A DNA stretch of 64,000 nt from positions 4,463-68,462 of the IMG/VR virus record IMGVR_UViG_3300047160_002318, one strand, 5' to 3'. The stretch is from a virus (Duplodnaviria > Caudoviricetes). The notes under the pieces are model-generated. The model was not told the DNA's origin. It did no database searches and worked only from the letters and a program-made list of their open reading frames with translations. The translations under genes and the position numbers were made by a program. Shown in pieces: positions 26,001 through 37,590 of the stretch (positions are counted from its first letter, which is position 1; every line of letters begins with the position of its first letter).

Positions 26001-29000
26001 GGCAGGTGCTTCAGCACGTCGTTGTTCAGGAACCCGATGACCTTGTTGATGGTGTTGTCGATGACCCAGTTGATGGCTCCCTTGAAGGCGTTCTTGATTG
26101 ACGTGGGGACGGTGTTGGTCACCCAGTTGGCGAACTTGGTCAGGACGTTGTTGTAGAAGTCGCTCCAGACGGTCTTCCACAGGTTCAGGAACGACGTGCC
26201 GAGGTGGCTGATGAACCTCGGGATGTCCACGTACACCCAGTTGTAGACGTTCCGGTTGACCCAGGTGTCGTAGTCATGCCAGACGTTCTTCCAGGCGGTG
26301 GTGAAGTCAGACCACAGCCCGCTCAGCCACTGCGGGATCTTCTTGGTGAAGAAGTCGATGAACGGGTGGATGACGTTGTTGTCGAACTTCTGCCACACGA
26401 TGACGAAGGCGTGCTCGAAGTCGCTGGTCAGGCTGCTGCCCCAGAGCCAGTTAGGAATCTTCTTGGTGAAGAAGTCGATGAGGTTCTGGATGATGTGCTT
26501 GTCGAACCAGTGCCAGGACGCTATCCAGGCGTTGGCGAAGAACCCTCCGATGGCCCCGATCCAGCCGGGCAGGGTCTTGGTGAAGAAGGTCTTGCCCGGC
26601 TGCACGAACACGGTGTCGAAGAAGTGCCAGATGTTATGCCACACCTGGATGCCGAGGTTCTCGATGTCGTGCCAGATGCCCTCGAACCCGGTCTTCAGGG
26701 CGTTCCATACCTGGAGGGCGTACTTCTTCATGTCATCCCACGCCCGGCCCCAGTGGCCGGTGATGAGGTCGAGGATGACGGAGACGATCATGACCAGCGT
26801 GTCCCACCCGATCTTGAAGATCATGATGGCGGTGGTCCACATGGCCTTGAAGGCGAAGGCGATGATGTCCCAGGCGTTCTTGGCAATCATGACAATGCCG
26901 GAGAACACGTCCTTGACCACGCCGACAACGCCGCCCCAGATGCCCTTGAAGACCTTATCCAGCCCGGAGCTGTGGAAGAAGACGAACATGCCGTCCCAGG
27001 CGGTGCGGACGAAGTCGATGATCTGGACGATGCCGTCGTAGAAGGTCTTGGCGTCCCTAATCAGCCAGCCGACCGTGAAGTTCCAGACATCCTTGATCCA
27101 GTTGGTGACGTTGGTCCACACCTGCTTGACCTCGTCGCCGTGGCCCTTCCACCACCCATCGAACCCGGTGACGATTGCGCCCTTGATGGTGTCGAAGACG
27201 TGCACCACCGGGCTGACCAGGGCGGACCACACGTGCGCCCAGGCCCCCTGGATGGTGTTGGTGAACGGCCCGGCGAAGAAGTTCCCCACGTCGGAGGCCA
27301 GACCGGGGATGGTCTTGATGAAGAAGTTGACGAACGGGCCGGTGAAGAACCTGCCGATGGTGTCGCCCACCGACATGAAGGCGTGCTCGACCTGGCCCCA
27401 CAGGCCGGGGCTGCCCAGGTCCTTGATGGCCTTGCTGCCCCCGGCAATCTTCCCGCGCAGCTGCCCGGCTGAATCCCCCGCGATGTCCAGCTTGCCCTTG
27501 ACCTGGTCGAGTGCCTGCTGGGTGTCCTTGATCTCGGCCTCGATGTGCAGCTTCTTGGTGCCGGTGGCCCCCTTGAGCTGGTTCTTCAGGTTCGCCAGCT
27601 TGGTGTTGAGGTCCTGCTCCTCGACCAGCAGCTGAATCTGCACCTTGGTCGGGACGGTGCCGAGCTTGGCCTTGACCTTGTCGAGGTTGTCCTCGGCGGT
27701 CTTGATTTCCGCCTCGATGTTCAGCTTCTTCTGGCCGGTCGCTCCCTTCAGCTGGCCCTTCAGCATGGCGATCTTGGTCTCTAGCTGCTGCGCCTCGATG
27801 CCGAGCTTGATTTCCACCTTGGGCGGCAGGTTCTTCAGGGACCCGCTGACGTGATCCACCTGCTTCCACAGGCCCTCAGCGACGGGACCGCTGACCTTCC
27901 ACGTCTCCATCATGGCCACGAACTGGTCGTGCGCCGCCCTGGAGTTGGGCTCGATGGCCAGCAGGATGTTGGCCACCTGCTGAGCTGCGTCCCGGGCCTG
28001 CTGGCTGTTGGGGCCGAAGTCCTTGATGGCCTTGGCGAAGGCGTTGAACGCCGGCTGGACGTTGTTGGCACCCTCCCATGCCTTGGTGATGGCCGGGGTC
28101 AGGTCGTTCTGGAGGCTGTCGGTCAGCTTCAGCGCGTCCTGCTGGAGGTTGGACAGCGGGGTCTCCAGCTTGGTTGTCTCCCGGTTCAGGTCCTGCTCGG
28201 CCCCGGCGACTCCCTTATTCCCGATCCAGTCAGTCAGCTTCTGCCAGGTGTTGATGGCCGGGTCAGCCTGCTGCGCGATGGCCAGCACCCCGTCGCGTGC
28301 CTGCTGGCTGGCCCCGGCCGATGAGGCGAGGATGGTCACCCAGTCCTTGGTGACTCGGGTCAGGTCGTTGATCCCCTGCTGCCCGTCCTGGAGCGCTGCG
28401 TTCTGGTTCCGCACCGCGTCCAGGTACTTGCCGACGTTGGGGATGAGCTGGTTGTAAGTGTTGCGGGCGGCGAGGGACTGGCTGTTGAGCCCGTCCAGGG
28501 ACGTGCCGGCCTTGCCCAGCTCCTGCGTCAGCGACTGCCAGACCTGGAGCGAGCCAACCATGGTGGTCTGCCCGCCGATCACCAGGGTGGTCCACTTGTC
28601 CCACGCCTGGTTGATCTTGTCCATCTGCGCCAGGGTCTCCTGGTTGGAGACGAGCTGGACGGAGATGTCTCCCTGGAGCTGGTCCAGGCCCTGGCCCATG
28701 TCCTTGTAGCCGGTGACCAGCCCGTGAATCTTCTGGAGGTCCGCGTCCCAGACCACGCCCTGCTTGGTGAACAGGTCGTTGGCCTTGACCCCGGCCGTGT
28801 TCATGAGCTGGAGCGCGGTCACCATGTCGACGCCGTAGGCGTGCGCCACGGAGTTGACGCGGGTCAGCTCCAGGTTCAGCTTGTCGCTCAGGCCCTGCTG
28901 CCCCTGCGCCAGCTCAGTGACGTTGCCGGTGCCGGTCTTCTGCGCGTAGGCCAGCTCGTCGGTGCTCTGCGCCAGGGCCTTGACGGTGGTGTTGATCTTG

Positions 29001-32000
29001 TCGAAGATGGACGCCTTATCCACGGCCTGGTTGAGCGAGGCAATCCACTTCTGGGTGGCGTCAGGCATGGTGGCGAGCTTGAAGGAGACGAGCCCGATGG
29101 CGGCGGCGACCAGGGCGATGTCCACGTAGATGTTGGAGAACAGCGGGGCGAACCGGCCGATGACCCCGAGGAACCCGGTGCCCGCGACGGCTGCGCTGCC
29201 TGCCTCGGCGGCTACCCCTGCCTCGCCTGCGGCCAGTCCCTCAGCACCCTTGGCTGCCTCGCCGGCAGCCTTGGGCAGGTTGCCGATGAGCCTGGAGAAC
29301 AGGCCGGTCTTGGTGGCCGCTGCGTCAGTGCTGGCAGCCATGGCCTTGAGCGTCTCGTCGCTGGCACCCATGCCGGCAGCCCAGGCCAGGGCATCCTTGC
29401 TGCCCTGCTCCATGTCCTTGCCCAGGTCCTGCACCACCGCGCGCCGGCCTGCGGGCAGGGCTGTCTCGAAGGACATGCCCATGTTATCCACGGCTGCCTT
29501 GTAGGCCAGGGCCTCGGTCTCGCCTACCTGCATGGCGCGGGTGACCTGCTGGATTGCAGTCTCGGTTCCCTTGAGCTTGCCGGGGATGCCGGTGAACACC
29601 GCGCCCAGGTCGGTGAGGATGGCCATGAACCGCTGAACCCCGGTAGCGTCCTTGCCCAGGCTGCCGAGCGCGGTCTCTTCCACGCTCATCCCGGCCAGCG
29701 CCACGCTGACCGCGCGGATGGGGCCGAGCAGGTTGGCCAGCACGGTGGCGAGCAGCCCGCCCCAGAGCCAGAAGGCGTGCAGCGCGACGACGGCGACCAG
29801 CAGCGGCTGTGGCAGCTTGGTGATGAGGTCCAGCACCTTGGCCAGGACGACGAACAGCTCCAGGAAAATCTGGTCGATTTGCGTCTGCTGGGTGATCTTG
29901 ATGAGGTTCATCAGCGCGTCACCGAGCAGGTAGAAGGCGTGGCCGAGCTTGGCCAGGTCTTCCTCGCCTATCTTGACGAAGTCGGACATGCCCGGCCCCA
30001 TCTTGGTGAACAAGACGGTAATCCTGGCGGCCATGGTGTCGACGGCACGGCCGGTGTCGAGGGCCAGCTTGTTGAGCAGCCCGTTCTTGGTGGCCGCCAC
30101 GTCCATGGCGTCGCCGTACAGCTCCCAGACCATGGGCCTGACCTGCTCGTGCAGCTTCTCCAGCTGCCCGGTCAGCGGGGCAATGGACAGGCCGGTGGCG
30201 TTGGCCACGGTCTGGAGCGCGGTGAACCTGTTGTAGACGGACGTGGCGGCGTCCAGCCCGGCCAGCCCGAAGGCGGCGAGCCCGGCTGTCAGGGTGACCA
30301 GGGAGGGGACCAGGACGGCGACGGCCTCGATGATGAGGTCCAGCAGCGCGTGCCACACGGCGACGTGGCCCATGATGCCGGGCAGGATGCCGGCCCACAG
30401 CGTCATCTGCGTGCCGAGCCCGAACCACCCCTTGGTCGCGCCCATGAGGGGGATGACCATGAGGCCGATCTTCTTGCTGGCGTCGTCGGCCTTGTCCCCG
30501 GCGTCCTTGGTCGCCTTGGCGGTCTCCTCGGTGGCGAGCTTGTTGGCCATGACCGCTGCGGTCTCGAAGCGGTAGGCGTCCTTGGCGTTGTCCGCCTCGC
30601 CGGCCTGCTGGTGCAGGGCGTCCGCCGCCTCCTTGATGGCTTCCCTGTCCCCGGCCGACACGCTCTCGTGCTGGAGCATGGCCATGGTCATGTAGCGGTA
30701 GGCGTCCTTGGCATTGTTGGCTGCCGCTGCCAGGGCTGCGTAATCCGCTGCGGTCTTGGCTGTCCCGCCGTCCCCGCCAGCCACGGCGGTGACCCCGGCC
30801 GGGATGGTAACGCTGCCCGCGCCGCCGATGTCTGAGCCGGATGCCCCGCCGCTGCCGAACACCTGGGCGCGCAGGGCTTCCTTGCCGGCCTCGCCGGCCT
30901 GGAGGTACTTGATGATGAGCTTGCCGGCCGCGTCGTCAGCGGCCTTCATGAGCGCAATCTGCTCGGACTGCGCCTCGTTCTCGCTCTTGATAGCACCGGT
31001 CAGCGTGAAGTCCGCTGCGGCCAGCCGCGCGCTGCCGAGGGTGGCCTGCTGCTGCGCCAGGGACAGCACGTAGGCGTTGGCTGCCGCGCCCCGCTCCGCG
31101 TCGGACACCCCGCGCAGGGCGTTGGCCAGCCCGGTCCAGAAGCTCTGATCCCCGCCGCCGCCTCCGCCTCCTGGTCGCGGCGGCTCGGCCCCGGCCGGGG
31201 CCGGGATGACCGGGGGAGGACCGCCGCCACCGCCCGCGCCACCGCCCTGCGTGACCAGCAGCGGGCGGGTGATGTTAGCCGGGTCGGTCGGCCGGGGCAC
31301 GATGGGCACCGCGCCGCCCACCGGGGCACCGCCCATGCCCATAGCTGCCTGGACCACCTCCACGGTGGTGACCTTGCGGTCGGGAATCCCCTTGACGATG
31401 GCGTCGAACTGGGCGATCTGGCTGATGGCGCGGGCGTCGTCGACGCTCAGCGTGGTGATGTTCGTATCCGGCACCGCGCCGAGCGCTGCGTTGAACGTGC
31501 CGATGTCAGCCAGGCCGCCGGCGCTGTCGACGTTCAGCTGCGTGGTGTTCTGGTCCTGCACGTTGCTGACGGCCTGCTGGAAGGCATTGATGCCGGCGAC
31601 CTGCGCGCCCAGGTCGGTGCGCTGCCCGCCGAGCCCGGAGATGCTGCGGCCCAGGTCGTTGGCGGCGACCGCCGACTCCTGGAACAGGCCCAGCCGGGCG
31701 CGCATGGCCGAGTTGAGGTTGTCCAGGTCGGTGCGGTACTTGACGAGGTACTGGAGGTACTGATCCGGCGTCGTGTACCCGGCCCACTCGGCCCGGTTCA
31801 TGAGCAGTCTCTGGTTGTACTCCTGCTGTCTCCAGCTGTACGCCTGCTGCGGGGTGGTGAATCCCAGCCACTTGGCCCGGTTCAGCAGGTTGGTGAGGTT
31901 GACCTCGGACTGCTCGTCGGACAGGTGCTGCTCCATGGAGGACCTGCCGCCGTACAGCGACTGGACGTTGGCGAGCTTGGCCGCCGCCGCCATCTCCAGC

Positions 32001-32208
32001 AGCGCCTTGGTCTCCTCGCGGATGGCCTCAGTGTCCTTCTTGTGGGCGGCGGCTGCGGCGGTGGAGCTGGCGACCTCGACGGCCCCCTCGTCCTTGGCGG
32101 CCTTGCCCACGTCCTCCAGCGCGGCCTTAGCCTTGGCCGCCTCGCTCATCACGTCCCCGAAGTCCGCGATGGCCTTAACTTGTAGATGACCTCCCAGTAT
32201 TCAGCCAT
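23021..32208 (-). CDS. tape measure protein with C-terminal M23-like and lytic transglycosylase domains
   Basis: 3043-aa ORF from 32152; helical Trp/Phe-spaced repeats; HEAGYDP..GIGQFL..TW lysozyme motif; probable true ATG at 32208 with a 1-nt frameshift near 32179. Confidence 0.92.
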
Positions 32209-32901
32209 CTACCAAACCACCCCCTTCCATTCCAGAAGGGGTCGCTGCACCAAGTAATCCGCGAAGCGCCAGGCTTGCCCAGTCTTCTCAGCAAAGCCAA
32301 CCAGCCGGTTGCAGTCGTCACAGAGCAAGCTACGAATGCACCAGGCACATGCCTTGTCTGGCCCATGCCGCTCGCATGAGTGGTCATGGTCGACGCCCAG
32401 GTAGTCGACCACCCGCACGACGCCGTGGCGGTCCTGGCGGCGGCGCTGAGTCTCAGGCTGGCCGCACAGTGCACACTTGTGGTCCTGCTGCTCAGCCAGC
32501 CGCTCGTACTGCTCCAGGGTCAGTCCGTACTTGTGCCTGAGGTACCAGCCTCTCCGTGCCAGCCTGTAATCCTCAACGTGAACGGCACGGACCTGGCCTG
32601 CGGTACCGTTCCGGCAGACCTTGCAAGCTGACTGGTGGCCAGTGAGCTTGGCGCGGGGGTTGGGTGAGTACTCGCCCCAATCCTTGAACACCCCGCAGTG
32701 CGAACACTCCCGACCCTTGTCAGTGATGAGCCCCTTGGGTGGAACATTCCGAAGCCGTGGTCCAGTCCGCCGCTTGCCGTTAACGATCATGCTGACTGCC
32801 GACTGAGACACGTCGAACATGACGGCCAGCTCATGCTGGTAGATGCCGCCCTTATCCCACAGCTCCTTGATTTCAGCAGCTTGCGTGTCAGAGAGTTTCA
32901 T
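32209..32901 (-). CDS. endonuclease VII-like homing endonuclease with N-terminal HTH (leaderless)
   Basis: QQDHKCALC...LGVDHDHSC...SLLCDDCN; TATTAT -10 7 nt before ATG. Confidence 0.88.
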   Translation of the reverse strand: MKLSDTQAAEIKELWDKGGIYQHELAVMFDVSQSAVSMIVNGKRRTGPRLRNVPPKGLITDKGRECSHCGVFKDWGEYSPNPRAKLTGHQSACKVCRNGTAGQVRAVHVEDYRLARRGWYLRHKYGLTLEQYERLAEQQDHKCALCGQPETQRRRQDRHGVVRVVDYLGVDHDHSCERHGPDKACAWCIRSLLCDDCNRLVGFAEKTGQAWRFADYLVQRPLLEWKGVVW

Positions 32902-33962
32902 GCACGTAATAATAATGGCACATCACCCCCGTCCTCCGCAGGCAGGTCAGGGACGGCTGCCAGGTGCGCGCCACCGGGGTCGAAGGCACGCATGAAGGAC
33001 TCGAATGACCCGTCTGCATTAGCTGCCTCTATGCCCCTCTCAGGGTCCGCTGCGACCGGCTTCTGAAGCCGGGGGTCGTCCCGCCAGTCAGCGGCCACGA
33101 CCTCGCCGCGCAGCTCGTCCAGCTCCCGCTCCCGGGCCAGGTGCTCGGGCGATGACCCGGCGAAGATGTCGATTTCCCTGGCCGCTTCGACCAGGGGGTT
33201 CTTGCCGTTCTGCGCTTCCACCATGCCCGCCGCGCCGACGAAGCTGGACAGCACCTTGGTCTGCCACTCCACCAGCCGGGCGTTCATTACCCGGTCTCGC
33301 TCGATGCGGCGGCTCGCCGCTTCGATGCACTGCCTGAGCCGGCAGACGGGGAGGTCGAGGATGTGCTCGTCTGTCCATCCGTACTCGTGGGAGATGAGGT
33401 CGAAGGCTGCGGCGAAGCTGCCGGCGATCCGTTCAGCTCCTGTGGGGTCGGGGCTGGCGGGGTCGGCTCGTCGGCGGCTCCCGTCCGCTGTGCCAGCTTG
33501 AGCATGCTGGCGATTCGTTTTCCCAGGTTGCGGATGTCCTCGGACTCCTGGGTGATGATGGCCTCCACCAGGTCCAGGGTGTCGTCAGGCTCGGGGTTGT
33601 TCAGCTCTTCCCCGAACTTATCCCACAGCGCGGCGTTGTCCTCCTTCTCCTGCTTGGTCAGCTGGCTGTCCGGCTTGTCCTTGATGCCAACCGGGCGGCA
33701 CATGGAGGACAGGAACAGGATGGCGTCATTCTCCGCGTCGGGGATGGCCATGATGACCAGGAAGACCAGCCGCTGGCCGAACGCGGCGGGGTCGCTAGGG
33801 TCCAGCTCCATCTGCATGAGCGCTGGCCCCGCGCCGTGGGTGAGGATCTTCAGCAGCCTGAAGAACTGCCGCGTCTTCAGGCGCAGCACCTCGACCTCGA
33901 AGCCGGTAGAGAACTTCAGCGTCATGGGCTGCGGGTCCAGCCGGTCCAGCTCACTAGCCACG
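32898..33962 (-). CDS. tail assembly chaperone, -1 frameshifted long form
   Basis: -1 frame is open from GGGAAAA (33518-33524) through FAAAFDLISHEYGWTDEHILDLP to stop at 32898. Confidence 0.8.
33287..33962 (-). CDS. tail assembly chaperone, short form
   Basis: between major tail and tape measure; GGAGG SD before GTG at 33962. Confidence 0.8.
33518..33524 (-). promoter_or_regulatory. programmed -1 ribosomal frameshift site G GGA AAA
   Basis: XXXYYYZ heptamer in correct phase (ctG GGA AAA cga). Confidence 0.8.
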
Positions 33963-34007
33963 TGACCCTCCAAGGGTTCTCGGCACTGCTGCGGTCAGGC
34001 AATCGGC

Positions 34008-34211
34008 CTACGGGAAGGCATAGGCGAACGCCCACGCGGCGAACCCTGCGGCCAGCCACTCGTACCCGTTGGCGTCGAAGGTCCTGTGCCCGCCGAAGGC
34101 CAGCGCCGCCAGGAAGAAGCACACGGCGCTGACCAGCATGAAGATGCGGAACAGGTACCACGGCGACCGGGCGGTGTACGCCGGCGCTTGCGCCGGGCCA
34201 GGCGCGGCCAT
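34008..34211 (-). CDS. small membrane protein (2 TM)
   Basis: 67 aa hydrophobic. Confidence 0.65.
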   Translation of the reverse strand: MAAPGPAQAPAYTARSPWYLFRIFMLVSAVCFFLAALAFGGHRTFDANGYEWLAAGFAAWAFAYAFP

Positions 34212-34212
34212 G

Positions 34213-34848
34213 CTAGACGACCGTGCCCGAACCGAACGGCTCAGCGACGAACGCGCCGGTCTGGTTGCCCGGCCAGGCGACCAGCCGGCCGATGCTCATG
34301 GGGTAGCCGCCGGGTAGCGCCGTGCCCAGCTCATTCACCGGGGAGAACAGCGCGCGGCCGGCGATTGAGCAGCTCAGGCCCGTCTTGTAGGACGGACCTG
34401 TGAAGTTGAAGGGCTGGAACTGAACTCGGTAGAGCACGAAATCGAGAGTACGCACCTGACCTGTGGCATCCTTGCTCGGAACCCGGATGGCCAGCGGCTG
34501 GGTCGGCTGGTTCATGGAGGCCAGCGTCCACAGCGGGATGGCGTAGTAGTCCGAGCCCGCCGCGCCCGAGCTGGTCACGCTCGTGCCGGTGATGAGGGCG
34601 ATGGTGCTGAAGGGGATGTATCCCTCTTCAATGGTGACGTTGGCAAAGTTGATCCAGAAGTGCTCACTGAGCACCACGTCGTCACCAGTGTTCTCGAAGT
34701 TCCCCTGGTCAGTAGAGATGGTCCCGTTACGCACGCCGTAGATAGTGGACGCCTCTGCACCAGTGGTGCCGCTGAGGATAGCGGCGTGGCTGAGCGAGAA
34801 GCCCTCGAACGGGGTGCCCTGAACAGAACTGGCAAGCGCAGGTGGCAC
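34213..34848 (-). CDS. major tail (tube) protein
   Basis: position upstream of chaperones; FEGFSLSHAAIL...RTLDFVLYRVQF; strong SD. Confidence 0.8.
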   Translation of the reverse strand: MPPALASSVQGTPFEGFSLSHAAILSGTTGAEASTIYGVRNGTISTDQGNFENTGDDVVLSEHFWINFANVTIEEGYIPFSTIALITGTSVTSSGAAGSDYYAIPLWTLASMNQPTQPLAIRVPSKDATGQVRTLDFVLYRVQFQPFNFTGPSYKTGLSCSIAGRALFSPVNELGTALPGGYPMSIGRLVAWPGNQTGAFVAEPFGSGTVV

Positions 34849-34983
34849 GGCTTTCCTCCAGGTCTAAGTCCTGTCCGGGTAATCGACTGAGGGAGCAGGG
34901 CCGGGTCTTGTCGCGTGGCTTCCAGCTGTTTCCCGGCCCTGTCCCGGGGGCGGCTGCCGTGCCAGGAGCCGTCCTGCTTCAGG

Positions 34984-35268
34984 TTACGGCGGGCAGTGCG
35001 GCCTCACCACGTGCGCGATGACGGCCACCTCCTGCTGGTACTGGCACACCTGCTCGCGGACCTGGTTAATCTGGCTGTCCGCCGCGACGGAGTAGGCGGC
35101 GGCCACGCCCAGCGCCACCCCCAGCGCCAGGCTGGCCAGCGCGGCGACGATGACCACCCACCACGGCGGGCGGCTCAGTGGGACAGCCGCAGGTGCACGT
35201 ACGTCACCAGCAGGGTCACCAGCAGCGGCATCAGGAAGCTCATGAGCAGGATGGTCACCAGTGTCCAC
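34984..35268 (-). CDS. membrane protein, lysis-cassette position (start uncertain)
   Basis: TM segment WWVVIVAALASLALGVALG; N-terminal part overlaps upstream gene. Confidence 0.5.
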   Translation of the reverse strand: MDTGDHPAHELPDAAAGDPAGDVRAPAAVPLSRPPWWVVIVAALASLALGVALGVAAAYSVAADSQINQVREQVCQYQQEVAVIAHVVRPHCPP

Positions 35269-35495
35269 TGCCTGCCCCTTCGCGTCTCGACTGATGCGGA
35301 CATGTCCTTGACGTCGTCGGCCAGCTGAGCGCGGGCCTGGTCAGCCGTGACCACGGCCCGCTCGTTGGCCTCAATCCTACGGAACTGCTGCTCGGTGTAG
35401 GTGTCCAGCTCGTCCAGCCGGCGCAGCACCGCCTGGTGGGCCTCGTACCACCGGCCCCAGGTGACCGGCTGGTCGTCCGGTACTCCGTTGGGCAT
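35175..35495 (-). CDS. holin-like/coiled-coil membrane protein
   Basis: coiled coil followed by C-terminal TM, directly after the peptidase. Confidence 0.6.
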   Translation of the reverse strand: MPNGVPDDQPVTWGRWYEAHQAVLRRLDELDTYTEQQFRRIEANERAVVTADQARAQLADDVKDMSASVETRRGRQWTLVTILLMSFLMPLLVTLLVTYVHLRLSH

Positions 35496-35496
35496 G

Positions 35497-36315
35497 TCAC
35501 GTGCCCAGGTCCAGCGTGCGTCCGGTCAGCTGGTGGAAGTCAGCCGCCAGGGCCTGGCTGTTGACGCCGGCCTGGAAGGCAGCACTGCCCAGGTGCTCGG
35601 GCCAGATGCAGACCCAGGCTTCCTCGGCCTGGTACTGCCAGAAGGCGTCGGTGAAGGAGGTCTCGGTGGCCCAGGTGATGAACCGCTCGTCCCCGCCCAG
35701 GGTGCCGGGGAACCTGGGTCCGTACCCCCCGGTGATGACGGAGTGCCCGCCCTCGCCCTGGCTGCGGGGCACGTAATCCCATGGCTGGCCAGCCCCGAAC
35801 TCGTCCATGTTCGCGGCCAGCACGTTGACCCCGGTCCACAGGTAGCCGAAGACGGCCAGGGCGAACTTGACCTGCGGGATGTTCTTGACGTTGACCTGGC
35901 CGAACGCGATGGCCTTAACCCCGTCCGGGCCTCCGGTGCTGACCAGGTACTCCAGCGCGGTCTGGATGTCCATGCCGTTGTCCTGGCCGCTGCCCGGCCC
36001 GTTGTTGGCTGCCGTCCCGGCCGGATCGAAGCCGGGGTTCTGCGTCTTGTAGAACTGCCACACCTGGTCCTGGGTGGGGTAGCTCGGCGTTCCGGTGAGC
36101 ACGGTGGTGACCAGCCTGCGGGCATTGGCCCAGGTCACCGACACGCAATCCGATGCCACGTCGTTGCCCAGCATGTCCCAGCCGGGGCCGGTCTTAGCCA
36201 GGAAGTCCACCGCGTTGGGGTAGACGTACTGCGGCGTGACGCCGAGCCACCGGCCAGCCTGCATGGCAGGGGCACGCTTGGGCTGGCGGCGTCCGAACTG
36301 TCCGGGCTCGGGCAC
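35497..36315 (-). CDS. papain-fold cysteine peptidase, candidate endolysin
   Basis: MLGNDVASDCV (Cys) ... GGHSV (His) ... ITWA; followed by membrane genes. Confidence 0.6.
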   Translation of the reverse strand: MPEPGQFGRRQPKRAPAMQAGRWLGVTPQYVYPNAVDFLAKTGPGWDMLGNDVASDCVSVTWANARRLVTTVLTGTPSYPTQDQVWQFYKTQNPGFDPAGTAANNGPGSGQDNGMDIQTALEYLVSTGGPDGVKAIAFGQVNVKNIPQVKFALAVFGYLWTGVNVLAANMDEFGAGQPWDYVPRSQGEGGHSVITGGYGPRFPGTLGGDERFITWATETSFTDAFWQYQAEEAWVCIWPEHLGSAAFQAGVNSQALAADFHQLTGRTLDLGT

Positions 36316-36333
36316 GCTGCCTCCTGGAACGCC

Positions 36334-36364
36334 AAAGGGCGAGGCCGCTCTGGCCTCGCCCTTT
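36334..36364. terminator. bidirectional-looking terminator hairpin
   Basis: AAAGGGCGAGGCC / GGCCTCGCCCTTT. Confidence 0.75.
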
Positions 36365-36381
36365 GGGATCGACGGAGTGCG

Positions 36382-37245
36382 TCAGGCGTTGCGCACCAGG
36401 ATGTGGCCGGCCTCGACGGTCTCGGAGACCTGCGGCGAGCCGTTGACGCCCTGGCTGAACGTGTCAGCGGCAGGGAAGTGGCCGTTGTGCGCGTCCAGGG
36501 TCAGGACCGCGCCCGCGAACGGCACCGGAGCCCCGTGCCAGGTGGCCGGGATGGTGACGTTGAAGGACACGTTCTGGCCCGGCACCTGGATGCTGGCCGA
36601 GCTGATCGGGGCCACGAACCGCAGCACCTCGCGGAAGGAACCGGCACCCAGGGTCCAGGTCAGGTTCTGGTTCTGCGAGCTGGTCGCGGTGCCGTGCGCG
36701 GAGCCGTTGGGGGCGATGGTGCCCTTGCCGTCCACGGTGTAGGCCGGGCTGCCGCCCCACGGGCCGTAGGTGATGTGGAACCGCACGTCGTCACCGCGCA
36801 CGGTGCCCCGGATGGTCCACGGGTCGACGGACGGGTTGGTCCCGTACTCGCCGGTCCCGCTGAACGCCACCGCGTTCGGGCCGAGCGCACGCAGGGTGAG
36901 CCCGCCGCCGTTGAGGGTGTGGACGTACGGGGAACCCACGCCGTTCAGCTGGAAGTCCAGCGTGTCGGTCGAGGGTGCGGGTGCCCACACACCGGAGCCC
37001 GGCATGGGGTACTGGTCGTTGGTGTAGGACTCCCAGCCGTGGTTGGGGCCGTACCCGGACAGCGCCACGAACTGCTGATACTGCTCGTAGCCCTCCCCGT
37101 TGACCTCGATGGACGCTGCCGCCACCTTGTGGTGCTGCGGATGGTACGGCAGCGGGCTCGCGGACGCGGCGGACGCGCCGACAGTGGCACCCGCCATCGC
37201 CAGTGCGCCAGCGAGCACCCCGGCCTTGAGTAGTGCATGCTTCAT
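36382..37245 (-). CDS. secreted beta-rich protein
   Basis: Sec signal MKHALLKAGVLAGALAMAGATVGASAASA; own promoter. Confidence 0.75.
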   Translation of the reverse strand: MKHALLKAGVLAGALAMAGATVGASAASASPLPYHPQHHKVAAASIEVNGEGYEQYQQFVALSGYGPNHGWESYTNDQYPMPGSGVWAPAPSTDTLDFQLNGVGSPYVHTLNGGGLTLRALGPNAVAFSGTGEYGTNPSVDPWTIRGTVRGDDVRFHITYGPWGGSPAYTVDGKGTIAPNGSAHGTATSSQNQNLTWTLGAGSFREVLRFVAPISSASIQVPGQNVSFNVTIPATWHGAPVPFAGAVLTLDAHNGHFPAADTFSQGVNGSPQVSETVEAGHILVRNA

Positions 37246-37287
37246 AAAGAACCCTCCCTTTGATCGGAGACTGTTGGGTTACTCGCC

Positions 37288-37315
37288 AGTATAGGCGTCT
37301 AAGCGCTTTTGTCAA
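37288..37315 (-). promoter_or_regulatory. promoter with three TAGGCGT boxes
   Basis: TTGACA-N16-TATACT; TAGACGCCTA in spacer and two further ACGCCTA at 37316-37330. Confidence 0.8.
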
Positions 37316-37477
37316 ACGCCTAAACGCCTATACTAGGAGGACCAACGTCCCGAACACTTTACTGACCAGCTCGCCCCGGCCCGCCCGCTCAACGGGGAGC
37401 GATCTGTAACGATTCGGAGCGCTTTGCCCTACAGGTGGGACGCGCAGGCGCGCGGGAAGGTTTACACGGGCAGCGAA

Positions 37478-37508
37478 AGAGCCGGGCACCTTTTCGATGC
37501 CCGGCTCT
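37478..37508 (-). terminator. terminator hairpin
   Basis: AGAGCCGGGCA / TGCCCGGCTCT stem; TTTC follows on minus strand. Confidence 0.7.
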
Positions 37509-37590
37509 CGCGTAGCCGGCGGGCTGGTCCTAGGTCAGACGCACCAGGCCGCCGTCAGGTTCCGTCACTCAGGTGATGCCAGGGAGAAGG

